Positions 22,952-30,506 of a stretch of 32,000 nucleotides of DNA are shown piece after piece. The stretch lies in the NCBI GenBank assembly GCA_041662745.1, contig JBAZRV010000001.1:30001-62000 (forward strand), read 5' to 3'. Both the position numbers and the translations under genes were made by a program. Position 1 is the first letter of the stretch, and each line of letters starts with the position of its first letter. Below the pieces are notes generated by a model. That model saw nothing but the letters and a program-made list of their open reading frames with translations. It was not told the DNA's origin and did not search any database. The DNA comes from Patescibacteria group bacterium. GTDB lineage: Bacteria > Patescibacteriota > Patescibacteriia > 2-01-FULL-39-33.

Positions 22952-24196
22952 ATGAACGAACTGCTTGAAAGCAAGCAGTATTTTAATTTGCCTAAAACGG
23001 GCGAATTGGTTACCGGCAAGATTATTGCCATTGACAACAACGCTATTCATGTTGATTTGGGCGGCGTAGCCACCGGCGTAGTTCGCGGTCGCGAACGTTA
23101 TGCCGATGCTGAACAATACAAAAACTTGGCGATCGGCGATACCGTTGAAGCGACGGTTTTGGAATTAGAAAACGAAAACGGCGAAGTGGAATTATCCTTC
23201 CAGTATGCCGGTCGGCAAAAGGCCTGGCAGACTCTCAGGGATTACGTTAAATCCGGAGAAATAATTTCTGCCACTATCACCGAAGCTAACAAAGGCGGCT
23301 TATTGGCCAAAGTTGATACTGTTGCCGGCTTCCTGCCCGTTTCCCAATTGGCGCCCGAACACTACCCGCGCATTCCCGGCGGAGACAAAAATCGCATTTA
23401 TGAAATTCTTAAAAGCTATGTTGGCAAAAAATTCGACATCAAAGTCATTGATGCCAATGAAGATGAGGATAAACTGATCATCTCGGAAAAAGCCGCTTGG
23501 GAAGAAACCCAGCGCGACGTCATAAATAAATACAAAGTCGGCATGATCGTTGAGGGCGTGGTTACGGCCGTAACTGATTTCGGCGTCTTTGTGGAGTTTG
23601 ACGATAAGCTGGAAGGCTTAATCCATATTTCGGAGATCGCTTGGCAAAGAATAGACAACCCGCATAATTTCGTTAAGGTCGGACAAAAGGTCCAGGCGGA
23701 AATCATCTCCATTGAAAATTCCAAAATATTCTTATCCATGAAAAAACTGGAGAACGATCCTTGGGTCGGCATTGAGAAAAAATTTGAGATCGGCCAAAAA
23801 GTTTCCGGCACCATCATCAAAGTCAACCCGTTCGGCTTATTCGTGGAATTAGGGGAGAATATCCAGGGCTTGGCCCATGTGTCCCAATTGTCTGACAAGC
23901 CGGTCAAAGATCCTTCAGAGATTGCCAAAGAAGGCGAGAAAAAGGATTTCTATGTGGTTTCACTGGACTCCAAAAATCATCGCTTAGGCCTATCTTTAGT
24001 CAAACCGGATAAGGCGGAAAAAATCGAGAAGACCGCAACAGAGGAAGCACCGAAAGAAGCAACCGAAACTGAGGCCAAAGAGGCAGTTGAGGGTGAGGAA
24101 CAGCAAGAGAAAAAAGAGACTAAGAAACGCGGTCGCAAACCCAAAAGCGAAAAAGTTAAAGCAGAAGAGAAAGAAGAGACGGTTGAAAAAGAATAA
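22952..24196 (+). CDS. rpsA: 30S ribosomal protein S1 (four S1 domains plus Lys/Glu-rich tail)
   Basis: There are four S1/OB repeats (GELVTGKII..., GEIISATIT..., GMIVEGVVT..., GQKVSGTII...). The start was chosen at ATG 22952 (MNELLESK), preceded by AAAGGA with a 7-nt spacer. The ORF is open from 22904, which remains an alternative start. Confidence 0.9.
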   Translation: MNELLESKQYFNLPKTGELVTGKIIAIDNNAIHVDLGGVATGVVRGRERYADAEQYKNLAIGDTVEATVLELENENGEVELSFQYAGRQKAWQTLRDYVKSGEIISATITEANKGGLLAKVDTVAGFLPVSQLAPEHYPRIPGGDKNRIYEILKSYVGKKFDIKVIDANEDEDKLIISEKAAWEETQRDVINKYKVGMIVEGVVTAVTDFGVFVEFDDKLEGLIHISEIAWQRIDNPHNFVKVGQKVQAEIISIENSKIFLSMKKLENDPWVGIEKKFEIGQKVSGTIIKVNPFGLFVELGENIQGLAHVSQLSDKPVKDPSEIAKEGEKKDFYVVSLDSKNHRLGLSLVKPDKAEKIEKTATEEAPKEATETEAKEAVEGEEQQEKKETKKRGRKPKSEKVKAEEKEETVEKE

Positions 24197-24213
24197 AAAT
24201 CATAAGAGTGCGA

Positions 24214-24242
24214 CAAAACCCCGTTTATAACGGGGTTTTGTT
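24214..24242 (+). terminator. intrinsic terminator after rpsA
   Basis: caaaaccccgtt-tat-aacggggttttg followed by tt. Confidence 0.75.
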
Positions 24243-24333
24243 ATATTTAAAATCTCATTGGCCAAAACATGATATTATGATAAACTGCTTTTGTGATTGA
24301 TAATCCGCACCTTAAAAAACAAAGGAGGTAGCT

Positions 24334-25311
24334 ATGCTGAAAATAGCAGTTGATTTAAACGGCGGCGACAAATCACCGTCCAACATCATCAAGGGCGTAC
24401 AATTGGCCTTAAAATTAGGCTACATTAAACCGGAAGAGCTTCTACTGGCAGGCACGGGGGAAACGGTTGCCTTCGCTCAAAAAAACAAAAAAATTGGCGG
24501 CTTGTCTTTTTTAATCTGCCCGGAAAAAATTGAGATGTCCGATGACAAGGAGCAAATCAGGAAAAAAAAGAACTCCACTATTGTCGGCGGCATCAAACTG
24601 CTGAAAAACACAAACGAAGGCGTCGGGGCTTTTGTCTCTGCCGGCAATACGGGAGCGATGGTTTTGTGGGGAACGATTATTTTAGGGCGCATTAAACGCG
24701 GCCTGCAGCCAGCCATCGCCGTACCCTTGCCCAATGAGCGCGGTCCCTGCTTGCTGCTGGATTCCGGAGCAATCCATAATGCCCAAGCCGCTGATTTGGT
24801 TAATTGCGCCTTGATGGGGTCAACTTACGCCAGAGAGATTTGGAAATTGGAACGGCCGATTATCAAGTTATTGAATATCGGCAAAGAATCGGGCAAGGGC
24901 AACGATACCCTAAAGCTGGCTGATGAACTGCTTAAACAGCAAAGTGGCTTGAATTATCAAGGGAATATTGAGGGTGATAAAATTTTCACCGAACAAGTCA
25001 ACGTTATCGTTTGCCCCGGAGAAATCGGCAATAACACCATCAAAGTTGCCGAGGGCGTAATGAAATTCATTAAGGATAAATTAGGATTCATTTGGAAAAT
25101 CTTCTCCTTCCTTTATGGGCACCATAAAAAAACCGACTACGAAGAAATCGGCGGAGCGATTCTTCTGGGAGTTGACGGCATTTTGATAATCGCCCATGGC
25201 AAATCCCAGCCCCTGGCCGTCGCCAATGCTATTCGGCGCGCCAAAATGGAGATAACGGCCGATATCCTAAGTAAAATCAAAAACGAAATAATCACTGCCG
25301 AGGAGCCATAA
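24334..25311 (+). CDS. plsX: phosphate acyltransferase PlsX
   Basis: 325 aa. AAAGGAGG RBS. N-terminal KIAVDLNGGDKSP (the GGD motif) and VSAGNTGA are typical PlsX blocks. Confidence 0.9.
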   Translation: MLKIAVDLNGGDKSPSNIIKGVQLALKLGYIKPEELLLAGTGETVAFAQKNKKIGGLSFLICPEKIEMSDDKEQIRKKKNSTIVGGIKLLKNTNEGVGAFVSAGNTGAMVLWGTIILGRIKRGLQPAIAVPLPNERGPCLLLDSGAIHNAQAADLVNCALMGSTYAREIWKLERPIIKLLNIGKESGKGNDTLKLADELLKQQSGLNYQGNIEGDKIFTEQVNVIVCPGEIGNNTIKVAEGVMKFIKDKLGFIWKIFSFLYGHHKKTDYEEIGGAILLGVDGILIIAHGKSQPLAVANAIRRAKMEITADILSKIKNEIITAEEP

Positions 25312-25339
25312 TCACTCTCTGCCTCTAGCACCTTATGCT

Positions 25340-25366
25340 AAGCCGCGGATAACCCTGCGGCTTTTT
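25340..25366 (+). terminator. intrinsic terminator after plsX
   Basis: aagccgc-ggataaccct-gcggctt followed by ttt. Confidence 0.65.
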
Positions 25367-25395
25367 AAATTTAAAACCCTTCTAATGAAGAAGGG

Positions 25396-25635
25396 TCAAA
25401 GAAAAGATCTGCTATGATCGCAGAGGCGTTTGAACGCTTCAGCTTCGGCCGTCGTAGGCGTACGTCGGCAAATCAGATTGCTGAAGGCGCAAGTGCATTC
25501 CACCAACAAGCTGCCGTTTAAATTAATAAACACCAAATCATGGACATTGGCCGGCATCGTGGCTAAAAAACATGATTCAATAGTCATTATTCTTTCTCCT
25601 GACGAAGCACCGATTAAAACCGAATTAGCTGCCAT
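25396..25635 (-). CDS. small hypothetical protein (79 aa, 5 Cys)
   Basis: The minus-strand ORF has GGGAGGAG 6 nt before the ATG, its own promoter (25686..25714), and a hairpin (25377-25395) directly after the stop. The antisense ORF 25430..25663 starts with TTG and has no such signals. Confidence 0.45.
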   Translation of the reverse strand: MAANSVLIGASSGERIMTIESCFLATMPANVHDLVFINLNGSLLVECTCAFSNLICRRTPTTAEAEAFKRLCDHSRSFL

Positions 25636-25685
25636 GGCTATCTCCTCCCGGGGTTGCGATTAAGGGGCAAGACTGCTACCTAAGT

Positions 25686-25714
25686 AGCATAAGACTCGGT
25701 AAAAAATATGTCAA
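25686..25714 (-). promoter_or_regulatory. sigma70-type promoter of the 79-aa ORF
   Basis: On the minus strand: TTGACA (25714-25709), 17-nt spacer, TATGCT (25691-25686). Confidence 0.55.
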
Positions 25715-25715
25715 A

Positions 25716-25746
25716 TTAAAAAAGCTGTCGAAAATTTTCGACAGCT
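25716..25746 (-). terminator. intrinsic terminator after the PIN-PhoH gene
   Basis: On the minus strand, agctgtcgaaaattttcgacagct is a perfect palindromic hairpin followed by TTTTTT. Confidence 0.8.
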
Positions 25747-25765
25747 GTTAGCGGTACTCTTTTAA

Positions 25766-27151
25766 CTACGCATAAATGGAAGACGGTCCTCTGCGGACGT
25801 TGCTGCGCAAGGACAAATGCGCCGCCGCCGGGTGATCAATATTCTTCTTAATCACCCAAACCAGGCCGTTATCCTCCATTCGATCGCGATCCCTGATCTG
25901 ACTCAAATCGCCGTTAACGATGATCTTGCAACCGTCTCCGGGACGAGTACAAAGCAGGTAAGCTTCATACCAGGTGAAATTCTGGACTTCGTCAATTATC
26001 ACCACCGAATTAAGAATGGTTTCACCGGCCACAAAATCAATCGGCCGTATCTCAAAAAAACCCTTGGCTTTCAAGTCAGCGACCGTATTGATGCCTCGCT
26101 CTTGAAAAAAGGCGCATCTCTCATTACGGAGCGATTGCAAGGCCTCACCAATCCGGCTAAGTATAGCGTCGGTATAGGGACCGAACTTTTGTTCGGCATC
26201 ACCCTTCAGAAATCCCATGCCCCTGAAATCATAAGGTCGGAAAACGACTAGGCTTTGATGCTTGCCGGCGGCAATACTCTTTAGGGCGTAATGAATCGGC
26301 AGAACCGATTTACCGGCTCCGGGAACGCCGTCAAAAGAAACGCCTATAATATCATCATCAGCTAACAAAGCGGAAGCAAAAGCCTGGTAAGGACCGACGG
26401 GCTTGATTATTCCGGTTTTATCCCGTTCTTGGAGTTTCGGCTTAGGCACCAAGTTAAAGCCAACTCCTTGCTTATAGATTACCATGGCCGATTTATCTCC
26501 AAGGCAAAGATAGCAACACTCATTAGAATGAAGATTGTCCAATTGCCTATCGCTGAAATTGGCTGCCGGGATAAATCCTTTTTGATGCAACTCAACCAAA
26601 AAGCCGCCTTGGCTGTCAAGCAATTGCACCCGCGTAATATCGGAATACAAACGATCCAACAAATAACTTGTTTCATTATGCTGATAGTTCTGCGCTTCCA
26701 CTCCCATCACGTCAGCCTTAATGCGCTGATTGACATCGCAACTAAGGACGACCACGCGTCGTTCAGGATAATCAAGAGACCACTTGCGAGCTACCATGAC
26801 AATGCGATTGTCATTATTACTCTGCATGCCAGCCGGCAAATCTCCCCATTCAGCCATTTCACAGGAGACAAAGAGCAAGCCGCCGGCTTGAGTGCTCACA
26901 CCCTCGGTCAACTTGCCTTGTTCGCGGTATTTATCCATAAGCTTGGAAAAATTGCGAGCGATCCTGGCTTTTTCACTGACACCCTTTTTCATACCATCCA
27001 ACTCTTCAATTACCCAAATCGGAACTACAATAACGTTGTCCCCCAAAATATCAATAATACCGGCGGAATTGAGAATCGTGCTGGTATCCAGGACATAAAT
27101 CTTGGCTCCGGGGTTGACGGGTAATGGCTTCGGCTGTTTCACTGCTGGCAT
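25766..27151 (-). CDS. PIN-domain / PhoH-like ATPase fusion (YlaK-type)
   Basis: 461 aa. N-terminal PIN-like segment KIYVLDTSTILNS...VVVPIWVIEELD. Walker A GVPGAGKS. Walker B-like VVIIDEVQN. RBS GGAGAGAGGA. Confidence 0.9.
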   Translation of the reverse strand: MPAVKQPKPLPVNPGAKIYVLDTSTILNSAGIIDILGDNVIVVPIWVIEELDGMKKGVSEKARIARNFSKLMDKYREQGKLTEGVSTQAGGLLFVSCEMAEWGDLPAGMQSNNDNRIVMVARKWSLDYPERRVVVLSCDVNQRIKADVMGVEAQNYQHNETSYLLDRLYSDITRVQLLDSQGGFLVELHQKGFIPAANFSDRQLDNLHSNECCYLCLGDKSAMVIYKQGVGFNLVPKPKLQERDKTGIIKPVGPYQAFASALLADDDIIGVSFDGVPGAGKSVLPIHYALKSIAAGKHQSLVVFRPYDFRGMGFLKGDAEQKFGPYTDAILSRIGEALQSLRNERCAFFQERGINTVADLKAKGFFEIRPIDFVAGETILNSVVIIDEVQNFTWYEAYLLCTRPGDGCKIIVNGDLSQIRDRDRMEDNGLVWVIKKNIDHPAAAHLSLRSNVRRGPSSIYA

Positions 27152-27247
27152 TATACATCCTCTCTCCGGTTAAACCGGTTTTGTTGCCTGTTTACGCGGA
27201 CTAAGATCTTGTTGCCTTTAAATTGTCAAAGTTCCATATTAATAAAT

Positions 27248-27275
27248 CATTTTAGCAAAATATCCGCATTTGTCA
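27248..27275 (-). promoter_or_regulatory. candidate promoter of the PIN-PhoH gene
   Basis: On the minus strand: TTGACA (27275-27270), 16-nt spacer, TAAAAT (27253-27248). Confidence 0.5.
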
Positions 27276-27280
27276 AGAAT

Positions 27281-27308
27281 AAAATAAAAAACCCGCCAAA
27301 TGACGGGT
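27281..27308 (-). terminator. intrinsic terminator after the Ig-like lipoprotein gene
   Basis: On the minus strand, aacccg-tcatttgg-cgggtt is followed by TTTTTTATTT. Confidence 0.75.
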
Positions 27309-27329
27309 TTACTCAATGTTCTATGTCTG

Positions 27330-28766
27330 CTATGGGTGGATCTCCGGATCAAGGGCATTGGCCGCGTAAAGCCCGGGAACGGCCCCGTAAGCCGCAAATT
27401 CCTCGTTATTCGTATAGCCGTCGCCATCGGCATCGCCGTTGGGAGCAAAATATTCCGGAAAAGCCATATACTGCGATAAATTAAGCCGGCAGTTCGGTAT
27501 TTTGTCGCCAAAAATAAAGGCCATCCCCAAAACCATGCCGATTGATCCGGTACCGGAAATATATTTTTCCACCGAATAATCAGCTTGACCGTCGCCTACC
27601 AGCATCTGGCCGGCCAAAACCTCTTCCAAGCCGGGGAAAACCAGTGCGGCCAACTGCCAATAAGTGCCGAAATCCGCGGCGAACCGTTCTTCATTATAAT
27701 TCCAAGCATAGTGCAGAAGCCTATGATTCAAACCGTTAGGCAGACAAAACTCAGGATCTTTCAGTACTGTCTCAACCAGCTTGAGTTCTATCAAACAATC
27801 AGGATAACCATTACCGGACGCTTCATAAGTTACCGGATCGGTTCTTTGATCAATCCAGAGGCTGCCATTAACATCGGCAATGCTTGGATCAAATAAATCC
27901 AAAATATTTCCATAATCGCCCAATACCGCTCGCGGCGCTTCATAAACTTTCTGATAGCAAGCATAAAAACTGCTAAGCGGTTCCGGTAAGGGATCACTGG
28001 GATCATCGCCCTCATTGGCATTAAGGCAAAAATCTTCACCCTCGCCTTCGCCTTCTCCTTCACCCTCGCCTTCGCCTTCTCCTTCACCCTCGCCTTCACC
28101 CTCTCCTTCTCCTTCACCTTCTCCTTCTCCTTCTCCTTCCCCCTCACCCTCACCCTCGCCTTCGCCTTCTCCTTCACCCTCTTGGGCGATGACTGTTACA
28201 GTGGCAGTCCGTGAAACGACCGGTTGGTTAGTGATATTGTTAATTACGCAAAAATAATCCCCGGCATGATTTAAGTCGGCAGTTAGAACAGTTAAATCGC
28301 TAAGGGTGGCCCAAGGCAACAAAGTGCCGTTCTGATACCATTGGAAACGCCAAGGCTGAGTGCCAAGCACTAAGACTCTCAGCGTGAACATTTGCCCCGC
28401 TTCAATTTCAATATCCTGAGGCTCAGCCGCTATAATCGGCGGGCGATTAACTTTCAGCGTGGCAATAACGGAAGCCGGCTGGCCGTAAGGATTACTCGCA
28501 ATACAAACATAATTTCCTTCATCATCAATGATCGCTGAAGGAATAATATAAATATTGGAATTGGCATTAACGAGGTCCTCTCCATTTTTTTGCCACTGCC
28601 AGCTCCAAGCCCTGTCAGCGTCGCAGATGAATTGCACTTCTGTCCCCGGATTGACCAGGCGGGACAGAGGCTGAAGGGTAAACTCTGGCGGACGTTCGTC
28701 GCAACCGGTAGCCAAAGCAAGCGCCGTAACGCATAAGACAAAACTTAGCAACAACTGTTTGCCCAT
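27330..28766 (-). CDS. putative lipoprotein with two Ig-like (I-set-like) domains, an (EG)24 linker and a C-terminal domain ending in a Ca-binding-like DxDxDG motif
   Basis: The signal peptide has a lipobox-like LATGC. Two modules follow the pattern PPxxxxxPxxxxxxxG...C...WQW/FQW...G.Y.C...V.V. Then come Q(EG)24ED and a C-terminal domain of about 230 aa ending NGDADGDGYTNNEEF. RBS AAAGGAG. Confidence 0.8.
   Translation of the reverse strand: MGKQLLLSFVLCVTALALATGCDERPPEFTLQPLSRLVNPGTEVQFICDADRAWSWQWQKNGEDLVNANSNIYIIPSAIIDDEGNYVCIASNPYGQPASVIATLKVNRPPIIAAEPQDIEIEAGQMFTLRVLVLGTQPWRFQWYQNGTLLPWATLSDLTVLTADLNHAGDYFCVINNITNQPVVSRTATVTVIAQEGEGEGEGEGEGEGEGEGEGEGEGEGEGEGEGEGEGEGEGEGEGEGEGEDFCLNANEGDDPSDPLPEPLSSFYACYQKVYEAPRAVLGDYGNILDLFDPSIADVNGSLWIDQRTDPVTYEASGNGYPDCLIELKLVETVLKDPEFCLPNGLNHRLLHYAWNYNEERFAADFGTYWQLAALVFPGLEEVLAGQMLVGDGQADYSVEKYISGTGSIGMVLGMAFIFGDKIPNCRLNLSQYMAFPEYFAPNGDADGDGYTNNEEFAAYGAVPGLYAANALDPEIHP
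28035..28181 (-). repeat. dipeptide repeat (Glu-Gly)x24 plus one Glu, inside the CDS
   Basis: 147 nt of alternating GAR/GGN codons. Codon choice varies (gaa/gag; ggt/ggc/gga/ggg), so the DNA is not a perfect hexanucleotide tandem. Confidence 0.95.
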
Positions 28767-28864
28767 GATCCCATCTCCTTTGGTTGGCTTAGTTAATGTA
28801 AAGAACTTTCGGAAAATATAATTTACACCTTTTTTAACAAAAAGTCAAGACCGAAAAACCGGCC

Positions 28865-29635
28865 TTAATTCAGGTCGGCTTTTTTAATTTGTATATCTTC
28901 TTTTAGCCAATTCTTGGCAATTTCCTTAAAACGGCTATTGCTATCGGTAACAAAATATTCCTGCCGGCCCGTTTGTTCCTGAGGATTATCTGACAAATAT
29001 CGTCCGAGCGCTTTGACCACTTCTTCGGCCGGATCAATCAACTTTACCCGCCGCCCCGCTTTATCGGCAATGATTTTCTTTATCAGGGGATAGTGGGTAC
29101 AGCCTAAAATCAAAGTGTCAATTTCTTGGCGCTTGAGCGGATAAAGATACTTGCGGGCGATTGTTTTCATTTCCGGTTTACTCAGCCAATCCTCTTCAAT
29201 TAACGGCACAAATAACGGGCAGGCAACGCTTTTAACTGCAATCTCCCGATCTAATCTTTCAATCGCTTTTTCATAAGCGCGGCTACTAATGGTTCCCCTG
29301 GTGCCGATAACGCCGATCTTGCCCTTGGTTAATTCAACTGCTGCCGCAGCGGCCGGAGTAATGACTTCAAAAATCGGCAACTGATATTTTTGACGCAGCA
29401 ACTCACCGGCAAAAGCCGAGGCCGTGTTACAAGCCACCAGCACCGCCGTAACCCCCCGCTTGATTAAAAACTCAACAATCTCGCAGGCATATTCCTGTAT
29501 AACCTCTTGCGATCTGGTGCCATAGGGCGTACGGGCGTTATCGCCTAAATAGATAAAAGAACAGTCGGGCAACTGTTTTTTTAGCTCTTTCACTACGGTT
29601 AAACCGCCAACGCCGGAATCAAAAATTCCAATCAT
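28865..29635 (-). CDS. murI: glutamate racemase
   Basis: The start was moved to ATG 29635 (MIGIFDSGVGGLTV), 1 nt after the upstream stop. Motifs DSGVGG, ACNTAS and GCTHYP are present. Confidence 0.9.
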   Translation of the reverse strand: MIGIFDSGVGGLTVVKELKKQLPDCSFIYLGDNARTPYGTRSQEVIQEYACEIVEFLIKRGVTAVLVACNTASAFAGELLRQKYQLPIFEVITPAAAAAVELTKGKIGVIGTRGTISSRAYEKAIERLDREIAVKSVACPLFVPLIEEDWLSKPEMKTIARKYLYPLKRQEIDTLILGCTHYPLIKKIIADKAGRRVKLIDPAEEVVKALGRYLSDNPQEQTGRQEYFVTDSNSRFKEIAKNWLKEDIQIKKADLN

Positions 29636-29636
29636 A

Positions 29637-29918
29637 CTATTGCGCTTTTCCCCAAAATGCGTCGGCGGCCCTTTCCATCTCATCCAGCCGAGTATAATAA
29701 TCGGCAAACTCGTTCAAATGCGCCAAGGCGATTTTACCGGTCATTAGCGGATCATCGTTAGTCACATTAGTGGCCGGACTAACGGTGCCATGCTCTAATT
29801 CCACATCCAGACCACGGCGGAATTGCTCCACATCAAACTTGGACCAGTCCAGGCCCAATTGTTCGCCGATAGCCTGAGCCTCTTCGGCGGTAAATTTTGG
29901 TTGCGTCATATTTTTCAA
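29637..29918 (-). CDS. small conserved hypothetical protein (93 aa), recalled as DUF5661-like
   Basis: GLDVELEHG...NVTNDDPLMTGKIALAHLNEFADYYTRLDEME resembles a small family I recall as DUF5661. This is unverified. The stop is 1 nt from the murI start. Confidence 0.6.
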   Translation of the reverse strand: MKNMTQPKFTAEEAQAIGEQLGLDWSKFDVEQFRRGLDVELEHGTVSPATNVTNDDPLMTGKIALAHLNEFADYYTRLDEMERAADAFWGKAQ

Positions 29919-29935
29919 TTTATTTTACTGGTTAA

Positions 29936-29963
29936 ATCTTACCACGACTGTGATTTTTGTCAA
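29936..29963 (-). promoter_or_regulatory. candidate promoter of the DUF5661-like/murI unit
   Basis: On the minus strand: TTGACA (29963-29958), 16-nt spacer, TAAGAT (29941-29936). Confidence 0.5.
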
Positions 29964-30001
29964 AACAAAAACCGTCCCGCTTAATAAAAGCTAAAGACGG
30001 T
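29964..30001 (-). terminator. probable intrinsic terminator after the small membrane protein gene
   Basis: On the minus strand, accgtc-(19 nt)-gacggt is followed by TTTTTGTTTT. The loop is rather large. Confidence 0.5.
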
Positions 30002-30022
30002 TTTTACGGCGTCAGGCAGCCG

Positions 30023-30346
30023 CTAGGCCAATCGTCGGTCATACTTTTGATCTAATTCTTTCTGTTGTTTTTGACGACGCAACTTACGAAATCTTTTGCG
30101 CGCCACTTGGTAATAATAAGTACCCACCATGGTGCCCAGGGCGCAGCCCAAGGCATAAAGCAAAGCCAGCGACCAATTGTCAACATTGTCAACAATCGTC
30201 CGTACCACATAATACCAGATCAAGATATTGATCACGGTAATAGCTCCGCTAGACCAAACTTTGGTTTCCGTAACCGCTTTGGTCCATAGGGTAACTATAA
30301 GCATTTCCACGGCGCCCACAAAAAATAGAATGATGCTTATTTTCAT
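30023..30346 (-). CDS. small integral membrane protein (3 TM), UPF0316/DUF5698-like
   Basis: 107 aa with three hydrophobic helices. TLWTKAVTE and YALGCALGTMVG resemble the membrane module of UPF0316-type proteins, from memory. Basic C-terminal tail. Confidence 0.65.
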   Translation of the reverse strand: MKISIILFFVGAVEMLIVTLWTKAVTETKVWSSGAITVINILIWYYVVRTIVDNVDNWSLALLYALGCALGTMVGTYYYQVARKRFRKLRRQKQQKELDQKYDRRLA

Positions 30347-30451
30347 AAATTTGTGGGTTTAATTCCGCTGATTAATTCAGGGAATCATTAATTTTAACGA
30401 CCTTTTTAATGAAAAAACGCCCGCTCACGCGTACGCTTTATTCATGCCTTA

Positions 30452-30480
30452 AGTATAGACCTTTCAGAGCCTTTTGTCAA
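30452..30480 (-). promoter_or_regulatory. sigma70-type promoter of the small membrane protein gene
   Basis: On the minus strand: TTGACA (30480-30475), 17-nt spacer, TATACT (30457-30452). This leaves a 5' UTR of about 100 nt. Confidence 0.6.
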
Positions 30481-30506
30481 TCAAAAACCCATAAAACATA
30501 ACCTGA

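Noticed and set aside
25430-25663. Plus-strand 77-aa ORF antisense to the 79-aa ORF.
   Set aside because: It has a TTG start and no convincing RBS or promoter, and it lies just beyond the plsX terminator. The minus strand has a promoter, a strong RBS, an ATG and a terminator. It is still not fully excluded.
28035-28181. Short tandem repeat region considered as a CRISPR-like or minisatellite array.
   Set aside because: The period is 6 nt with no spacers, and it lies in-frame inside a CDS. It is a coding dipeptide repeat.
28015-28257. Plus-strand ORF encoding a long (Ser-Pro)n protein.
   Set aside because: It is the mirror image of the (EG)24 segment of the well-supported minus-strand lipoprotein gene. 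It has no RBS or promoter and lies entirely inside that CDS.
30347-30445. 5' UTR of the small membrane protein gene examined for a fluoride (crcB-motif) or other riboswitch.
   Set aside because: No match to the crcB-motif core as I remember it. Only a weak GC stem followed by a T-run (gcgtacgcgtgagcgggcgtttttt) is present, which is not enough to support a call.
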